Shown here one piece after another: positions 47,727-53,733 of a stretch of 53,733 nucleotides of DNA. The stretch is from IMG/VR virus record IMGVR_UViG_3300025600_000023, positions 1-53,733 of that record; one strand, 5' to 3'. Position 1 is the first letter of the stretch; every line of letters starts with the position of its first letter. Position numbers and translations under genes: made by a program. The notes beneath the pieces were generated by a model that was given only the letters and a program-made list of their open reading frames with translations, did no database searches and was not told the DNA's origin. The stretch is from a virus. Its lineage: Duplodnaviria; Caudoviricetes.

Positions 47727-49682
47727 CTACCAAGTTGAGGATGGACTGACGGCGCCAGAAACAGTGGCGCTGCCTTTTTCTTTTGTCACGGTGATCACGT
47801 TTGGAATCCAATCCGCGAGGGAGTTGTGGGAAATGACCAACACCGTGCCGCGTTCTTTGGCTTTCTTGTCGAGAACCGCCATCAGTCGCTCCAGACCCGG
47901 TTCGTCCAGCGCGTGATCCACTTCGTCAGCAACAAACAAATCGATTGGCTTAGTGGCCCGCGAAGCAACGAGGTCTTGAAGCGCCATCGCGGCAGAGATG
48001 CGAACCTTTCTCTTTTCGCCGCCTGACAGGCCCGAGAACGAATCACCGCCTTTGTCGTTGGTGACTTCGATGTTGAATTTTTCGCGAACCTCGCCTTTCG
48101 CCGTCGTACTGAGGGTGTTCCAGACTGCGTGAATGTTGCCGTCAGCCAGAGTGCCGAGGTAGTCGGTGGTGCGCTCGTTGAGGAAGGGCGTCACGGTATC
48201 GAGGATGTGCGCCCGAACACCAGCAGGGCCGAAGACCTTGACTGTACTGGCGAGCAGATCGACTTCAGTGGTCTTCTCGGCGATCTTGGTGTTCAGGTCA
48301 GCGATGGCGATGGCGTTGAATTTGATCTCGGACTCTTTCGAGTCGATGGCCTTGGTCCAGGGGTTTGCTTCGGTCAGCTTTGTGTTGGCGAAGCGCTTGA
48401 TGCTCTCCACATCCTTGCGATGTGAATCTACCTGACGCTTGGCAGCTTCGATTGCGTTCAGCAGGTTGCTCAGTTCGCGCTGTCGCGTCGCCACAGCGGT
48501 CACGTCGGTCATGGTTCCCTTGAACGTACTGGCGGCGTCAGCAGCAGCAGTTGCAGCGTCGATTGCATCCTTCAGCGCGAGAAGGTTTGGACGAAGATCG
48601 GCACGGGCTTTCACAATCGCTTCCTGCTGCGTTTTTGTCGCACCAGCAAGGTCATGCTCGCCGTAAGTCTTCCCGCACTCGCCACAGGGCTTGCCAATGT
48701 GGTTCTTGACCCCTTCAAGTTTTCGTTCCATCGCCTCGACGCTGCTCTTCGCGTTTTGGGCGATAGTTTTGAGCCGCGTGACTTCGCGGTCGGCAGCCGA
48801 GTGTTTCTTCAGCAGACCATCAAACGCCAATTGCTCGGCATTCAGTGAGTCGATCTTGACGCGACAGGTTTCCAGCTCGGCTTTCGTTGCTGGTTCATCC
48901 CATGCCTTCAGCGCCTCTTCCGACTCGGCGATCTTGACGTTGATGGGCAGAACTTTCGCCAGCTCGTCTTTGGCACGCTGTCGGCGACCGTCTTCGAAAA
49001 CCTTCGACTGTGCCTGGTGCGAAGCCAGCTCGGCATCGAGGCGAACCCTGTTGCTGGCGGTCGTCGCCGCAGCGTTGGTCAAGATGTCGAGGCCCGCCTT
49101 TGCGGTGTTGTGGCGAGTTCGGGCGATCTGGTAGGCGTCAGCTAGCAGTTCGACGCCGGCAGCCTCTTCGATCAGGAGCTTCAGTTGCTTGTCGGTCATA
49201 CCGGGCAGGTCGGGCATCTTCTCCTGGCCGCAATACACCGACGCCTGGAAGACCTCAAGGGAACAGCCGACAATCGCGTTGATGACGAGTTGCGTCTCCT
49301 TGTCAGTGCCCTTGGTCAGATCAGCGCCGATGCCGGTGAGCAGGTTGCGCTCTGAGATCGTGACCATGTTCTTGCCGGTGGCGTGCTTGCGATAGCGAAC
49401 GACGCGGAACTCCTGGTCGCCCTCGATCATGACGACTGCGTTCATGCAGTTCTTCTTGGCGGCGAGGTTGATGACCGCATCGCCCGACACGTCGCGGGCC
49501 GTGACGCCGAAGAGCGCCCAGCAGAGACCGTCGACAATGGAGGACTTCCCTGCCCCGTTTGATGATGCCGAGGGGTCGTCCTTGTTTTCGCCCTGTACGA
49601 GCAGCAAGCCGCGATCCGTGAGGTCGATCTTGGCTTCGCTGATCGACAGAAAGTTTTGAACTTCCAGTGATTTGAACTTCAT
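47727..49682 (-). CDS. SbcC/Rad50/gp46-like recombination ATPase
   Basis: NGAGKSS, coiled coil with CGEC hook, LSGGEK, FVADEV, ISH. Confidence 0.92.
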   Translation of the reverse strand: MKFKSLEVQNFLSISEAKIDLTDRGLLLVQGENKDDPSASSNGAGKSSIVDGLCWALFGVTARDVSGDAVINLAAKKNCMNAVVMIEGDQEFRVVRYRKHATGKNMVTISERNLLTGIGADLTKGTDKETQLVINAIVGCSLEVFQASVYCGQEKMPDLPGMTDKQLKLLIEEAAGVELLADAYQIARTRHNTAKAGLDILTNAAATTASNRVRLDAELASHQAQSKVFEDGRRQRAKDELAKVLPINVKIAESEEALKAWDEPATKAELETCRVKIDSLNAEQLAFDGLLKKHSAADREVTRLKTIAQNAKSSVEAMERKLEGVKNHIGKPCGECGKTYGEHDLAGATKTQQEAIVKARADLRPNLLALKDAIDAATAAADAASTFKGTMTDVTAVATRQRELSNLLNAIEAAKRQVDSHRKDVESIKRFANTKLTEANPWTKAIDSKESEIKFNAIAIADLNTKIAEKTTEVDLLASTVKVFGPAGVRAHILDTVTPFLNERTTDYLGTLADGNIHAVWNTLSTTAKGEVREKFNIEVTNDKGGDSFSGLSGGEKRKVRISAAMALQDLVASRATKPIDLFVADEVDHALDEPGLERLMAVLDKKAKERGTVLVISHNSLADWIPNVITVTKEKGSATVSGAVSPSSTW

Positions 49683-50119
49683 TGAATACCTCCTTCTGGT
49701 GTCCATTCGATAGTCACCTTGAAGGTGCCGAGAGAAAAGCCGTGTTCGTCGGACGGAATGACAGCAGCCGGTTCGTTAAATCGCGGGTCAAGCGCCTCGA
49801 AAATATCGCGACCGAGATCCACGATGCTTTCGCCGTCGTAGCTCTTTTGAAAAATTTGCGCCATATCAGCAGTCTCCATCCCAGCCGCTACCGGCCATTG
49901 CGTATCCGTAGTAAAGGCCCAGCACTTCGTACTCGGTGGCGAAGCCCTTCCCTTCGTTCGGATGCGGGTCGCGCTTCTTCGTAATCGGACTGATTGGGAA
50001 GTGGCCGGTCTTCCCGTCGCGAATGTGGAACGAGCGCGTGGTCACATAGACGGCAAGTTCATTGCCGTCGGTGTAGTAATAGTGGGCGACCTTCTTGGCG
50101 CTAAGCGGCAGAGCGGCCC

Positions 50120-51169
50120 TCATACGGAACCTCTTGCTTCCGCAATGATGTCGCCGCACAGAACAGCGAGTTGAGCTTCGTTCGGCACGCCCATCGCCTT
50201 CACGAAGTCGTGAATGCTGGTCTCCAGCGAGGCACCAGCCTTGATCGAGCTGGCAGCGCGAGAAACCACAGTGGCGTCACGTTGGGCGATGATGGTCACG
50301 CCCTTGGCACCGAGGCCCATCAGGTACTCGCGGGTCTCCTCGATGTCTTTCTGCTTGCAGTTGTTCAGTCTGGCGCGAACGAAGTTACCGTCGACAATCA
50401 GCGGCAGCTCCTCTTCGGGCGTCGCCGGCGAGACATCCACGAACTCGGGCGCGTGGGTCTTGAACCACTTGACGCCCGAGTCGCTGACGATCAGGAAGCC
50501 CGCCTTGGTGCCAACGTCGCTCCAGGTCTGGTGCGTCAGGGCGCCAATGGAATAGACCTCGCCTTCGAACGGAAAGTAATTGTGGTAGTGGCCACTGAGA
50601 ATGCGACGGTAGCCGAGATCCTTGAGGTACTCAGGCGACAGCCCGTGGTCGGGAATGCCAAGCAGCACGCCGTCGATGGGCGCATGCAGAATCAGGTCGG
50701 TGCGCGGACGGTCGGCGGGATCGGTCAGTTCGATGGCCGTCTTCAGCTTCTCGATGTTTGGCTGCCACGGGATCATGGCGAGGTCGTCGGTGACATCGTA
50801 GTTCGGCTGATTGATCACGCGACAGCCGACACCTTCGAGCGCCGTGATGGCGTTCGACATGCGATCCGACTCACGTCCTTCAAGGTCGTGATTACCAGCG
50901 AGAATCACCACCTGAATGCCGCTCTTGATGATCTCGGCGTAGATGTCGAGGGTCGGATTCAGCACAGATGGCGCCAGCTTTCCGCGAACGTGGAAGAGAT
51001 CACCCGCATGCACCAGCAAGTTGCCACCAGCCTTCTTGATTTCGTCGGCGCAGCGCTTGGTTTCATCCAGCGTCGTCTGAAGGCGACTGTTGATACCCGA
51101 TGGCAGGGTTTCGCTGAACGCCGAGAAGGCGTGGTTGTGGGAGTCACTCAAAACGCCATAGGGCTTCAT
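50120..51169 (-). CDS. SbcD/Mre11/gp47-like metallophosphoesterase nuclease
   Basis: SDSH, AGDLFH, GNHD, SGHYH. Confidence 0.92.
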   Translation of the reverse strand: MKPYGVLSDSHNHAFSAFSETLPSGINSRLQTTLDETKRCADEIKKAGGNLLVHAGDLFHVRGKLAPSVLNPTLDIYAEIIKSGIQVVILAGNHDLEGRESDRMSNAITALEGVGCRVINQPNYDVTDDLAMIPWQPNIEKLKTAIELTDPADRPRTDLILHAPIDGVLLGIPDHGLSPEYLKDLGYRRILSGHYHNYFPFEGEVYSIGALTHQTWSDVGTKAGFLIVSDSGVKWFKTHAPEFVDVSPATPEEELPLIVDGNFVRARLNNCKQKDIEETREYLMGLGAKGVTIIAQRDATVVSRAASSIKAGASLETSIHDFVKAMGVPNEAQLAVLCGDIIAEARGSV

Positions 51170-51542
51170 GGCAAAATCTCCGCATAGACGATGGGTGTTG
51201 TCTTGTGGACCCAGGAATCCGGCTCGGTAAAGTGGATTTCCGGGGTGTCGCCTTCAAAGCGCCAAACGATCCAGGCGAGCTTCATTGCGCTTCCCCCTTC
51301 GTCCAATAAACGCGACCGTCAATCGGGTCAATGATCGTGTCCTCGGTGACGACAACCTCGATCACGTCGTCCGGCACGTCGTCTTCGTGAATAATGCCCT
51401 CGGCAGCTTCCATCTCAGCTTCGAGACGGTCTTCGTAAATCACCGGCCTCCCGTCTTGGTCGCGCCAAGCAGCAACGCGGCCCTCAAGAACAGTATCAAT
51501 CGTAGTAATGAACGGCATATAGATCACTCCTGACTTATGTCA

Positions 51543-51962
51543 TTAGACGCGGTAAAATTTATGGTTGCCGATGACAGCAACCAGCTTGAAATCGTGGCGC
51601 CAGATCGGTGAAACTGACGTGGCGTGGTAGAACGTTGCGCCGTGCGTGAAGTCCTTGATCGTTCCGTTTGCTGCGTAATACGCAATCGAACGCGCAAGCA
51701 GCCACGCTTTTTCGTCCTTCGGCATGTACTTTTCAACTAGATTTGCCCGCTCCTGTTTGCTGGCGCGGGTCAGCGGATTAGTCCATGAGAACTGACCGGG
51801 CTTGAAGACCTCCCTGCAAATGTTCGCCGGATCGCGCCCTGCCCGGTTCATGATGACTTGCGCGACGGCGTGCTGGCCTTCAAACGACTCACCACGCGCT
51901 TCGTGGTAAATCGCCAAACCCAAGCACAATGCGGCGGTACTTAGCACCATAATTTCTCCCAT
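51543..51962 (-). CDS. Cell wall hydrolase (SleB/Hydrolase_2)
   Basis: CLGLAIYHEARGE, AVAQVIMNR, QFSW, GATFYH, IGNHKFY. Confidence 0.9.
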   Translation of the reverse strand: MGEIMVLSTAALCLGLAIYHEARGESFEGQHAVAQVIMNRAGRDPANICREVFKPGQFSWTNPLTRASKQERANLVEKYMPKDEKAWLLARSIAYYAANGTIKDFTHGATFYHATSVSPIWRHDFKLVAVIGNHKFYRV

Positions 51963-52004
51963 TTCGTTCGCATGTCTTATAGTAACAGCGTCAGTCAGGA
52001 CTGA

Positions 52005-52373
52005 CTAGCGGATATACATGCGTTTTTCGATTGTCCTGCTATTGGTCGCCGGATTCACAGGGAACAGCGAAAGCGGGAGACCGCGCTCGCGTCCTAGTTT
52101 TCCCCACTTCTCGAAGGAGCGTTCGGGGTCAAAGAAGTCGGACAGCGGGGTCATAAACAACCCGCCGTCCAATTTGTTGGTCAGAAAGACGCCGATCAAC
52201 TTGCAGCCCTGCGCCTGGGCCTTCTCAAGAATGCCCCGCTCAATCATCCAGGCATTACGTTCAAAATCCCGATCACGCTTGCGCCGGTTGGCTACGTACA
52301 GCACCTTGCCGCTGTCCAGGTAGTACCAGCACCCTCGCGATTTGCCATTGATGTTGTGCGGTTCAGTTTTCAT
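52005..52373 (-). CDS. Hypothetical protein
   Basis: Coupled ORF. Confidence 0.6.
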   Translation of the reverse strand: MKTEPHNINGKSRGCWYYLDSGKVLYVANRRKRDRDFERNAWMIERGILEKAQAQGCKLIGVFLTNKLDGGLFMTPLSDFFDPERSFEKWGKLGRERGLPLSLFPVNPATNSRTIEKRMYIR

Positions 52374-52723
52374 TCAATCCGTCGCAGGTAAATCGCTGTT
52401 GCCTTCTTATCGGGCTTGGCGATGTGGGGTCCGTAGATCCTGGTCAACAAGTGAAAGAGTCGTTCGGGCGCCGTGATGGCTTCCTGACCGATCTGCGTGT
52501 GATTCTTACTGCCATGCATCACGCAAAGCTCGTTCAGCGGGGCATTCTCAATCGACACGACAACCGCCCTGCCGAAGACCGCCTTCTCCTTCTCGTTCAT
52601 CAGGAACACCTGATCACCTTCCTTTAGACGCTTGGTGTAAGCGCTGCCCAGCCGAAAGGTGTTGAACTCACTCTCCACGCCGCTAATCGGCGGGATAAAT
52701 CCCAAAACGTAGGTCTTGTCCAT
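52370..52723 (-). CDS. Hypothetical protein, possibly ASCH/PUA-like
   Basis: NTFRLG...LKEGDQVFL...FGRAVVVSI. Confidence 0.45.
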   Translation of the reverse strand: MDKTYVLGFIPPISGVESEFNTFRLGSAYTKRLKEGDQVFLMNEKEKAVFGRAVVVSIENAPLNELCVMHGSKNHTQIGQEAITAPERLFHLLTRIYGPHIAKPDKKATAIYLRRIE

Positions 52724-52781
52724 ATCCGCTCCTATAATCAAACATGCAGTCTGATTATAGGTCGGAGATGAGTGACTCTCG

Positions 52782-53733
52782 TCAGGCGAACTCGGCAGCC
52801 TTAAGCAGCAAGGCGGCACGCACGCTCGACGGCGTGATCGGCGCCATGACCAGCTTCCGCAGTTCTTCTTGCAGCCCTTCCTTGTCGATCTTCTCGGCCA
52901 GAGCCTTGACGAAATACTGCTTGCCGTCAGTCCAGGTCACACGCGGCTTCGAGTACGCGAGAATCTCTTCCTTGATGCCGTAGCGGATCAGGGAAGTCGT
53001 GACATCGAAGAAGCCCGAGCCGTCTTCGCGGAAGCGGAATTCCCAGATCGCCTTCTGGAACGGGCGCGAGACCTTGTTCTTGATGCAGATGGCGGTGATG
53101 TCCTGGCCGATCATCTGCTTGTCCTTGCCTTCGCCCTCGGTCTGCTTTTGGGCGCCGAGCTGGATGCGAACCGAAGCGTAGTAACGCGGCGCTTCGCCAC
53201 CGGGCGTGGTTTCGGGCGGCCCATAGACGACGCCAGGCTTCAAACGCATCTGGTTCAGCACCAGCAGGAGCATGTTGAACTTCTCGCAATGCACTGCCAT
53301 CGCCGGGAAGGTTGCCGAGGTTGCTTTGGCCAGGGCCAGCGAATCGTTCATCCCTTGAGCGGAGATGTCCTTTTCCATCTTCGATTGCGGCACCATCGCG
53401 GCAAGCGAATCGAGAACGACGACAATCGGCGCTTCGTCGGGGATCGCCTTGCTTTCGCGGACTTCGCGAATGGTATTGACCACGTAGGTCAAGGACTGCT
53501 CGTAGGTGTCGGGGCGCTCGTAGAGGAAGTTGCCGTCGGCGTCCAAGCCGAGTTGTTCAGCCAGACGCTTGTCGAACGAACGCTCGTGATCCATGAACAT
53601 CGCGAGACCGCCCATCTTCTGAGCGCCGGCCATGACGTTGGTGGCGATGGCAGTTTTGCCGCAGGACGAAGGGCCGAACATTTCGACGATGCGGCCAACC
53701 GGCATGCCGCCGCCTTCACTCTTGCCGCTGATG
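52782..53733 (-). CDS. recA: RecA/UvsX recombinase (5' end beyond the window)
   Basis: GMPVGRIVEMFGPSSCGKT, VVLDSLAAM, NQMR, ETTPGG, KNKV; frame open to the window edge. Confidence 0.93.
   Translation of the reverse strand, partial: ISGKSEGGGMPVGRIVEMFGPSSCGKTAIATNVMAGAQKMGGLAMFMDHERSFDKRLAEQLGLDADGNFLYERPDTYEQSLTYVVNTIREVRESKAIPDEAPIVVVLDSLAAMVPQSKMEKDISAQGMNDSLALAKATSATFPAMAVHCEKFNMLLLVLNQMRLKPGVVYGPPETTPGGEAPRYYASVRIQLGAQKQTEGEGKDKQMIGQDITAICIKNKVSRPFQKAIWEFRFREDGSGFFDVTTSLIRYGIKEEILAYSKPRVTWTDGKQYFVKALAEKIDKEGLQEELRKLVMAPITPSSVRAALLLKAAEFA

Larger units (their letters stand above)
1191..52008. repeat. Dispersed 14-bp semi-palindromic motif TCA-N4-TGAST(T/G)A, 28 copies
   Basis: Copies start at 1191, 4179, 6182, 7826, 10432, 11054, 12990, 13332, 15203, 16826, 18778, 19301, 19826, 21296, 23740, 26537, 27124, 27579, 28960, 31039, 31230, 34924, 37660, 39933, 43501, 45995, 51524, 51995; nearly all intergenic or at gene junctions; 10432 and 51995 deviate slightly. 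Confidence 0.88.

Noticed and set aside
20268-51187. Long plus-strand ORFs (e.g. 20268-21305, 29823-31052, 38856-39956, 50171-51187)
   Set aside because: Antisense shadows of GC3-biased minus-strand genes; no RBS or recognisable motifs
1191-52008. CRISPR array from the dispersed motif or the 13715-13810 repeats
   Set aside because: Repeats are 11-14 bp, degenerate or irregularly dispersed, and no cas genes are present

Overview
This is a 53.7 kb segment of a large tailed phage genome of moderately high GC. Gene content and order resemble SSU5/pHCM2-type phage-plasmids, but no replicon, integrase or virion genes lie in the window. A betaproteobacterial host is a weak inference from the two-piece tmRNA. 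Most genes are on the minus strand. Left to right: terminase large (partial) and small subunits; a ParB-ParB-ABC ATPase-GNAT cluster that looks like a DNA-modification module and contains an amber-interrupted Acb2 anti-CBASS homolog; an SF2 helicase; about 15 kb of small early-type ORFs, promoters and structured non-coding stretches; an RNA-repair/nucleotide block (HD hydrolase, kinase-like, DEDDh exonuclease, Nmad5, MazG x2, DRB0094-type RNA ligase, RtcB, ThyX with a LAGLIDADG endonuclease, circularly permuted two-piece tmRNA, class II RNR); and a recombination block (RuvC-like, SbcC/SbcD, RecA partial). Unexplained signals: (1) a ~1 kb zone (9410-10435) with no HGGM/KCCD tetramers, flanked by inward-pointing clusters of them; (2) 28 co-oriented copies of TCA-N4-TGAST(T/G)A; (3) 14 proteins ending in Trp; (4) several candidate ncRNAs plus an Sm/Hfq-like ORF; (5) tandem paralogous MFIQDQIN microproteins. 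Two homopolymer frameshifts suggest residual sequencing errors. All calls come from reading motifs by eye; no database searches were run.
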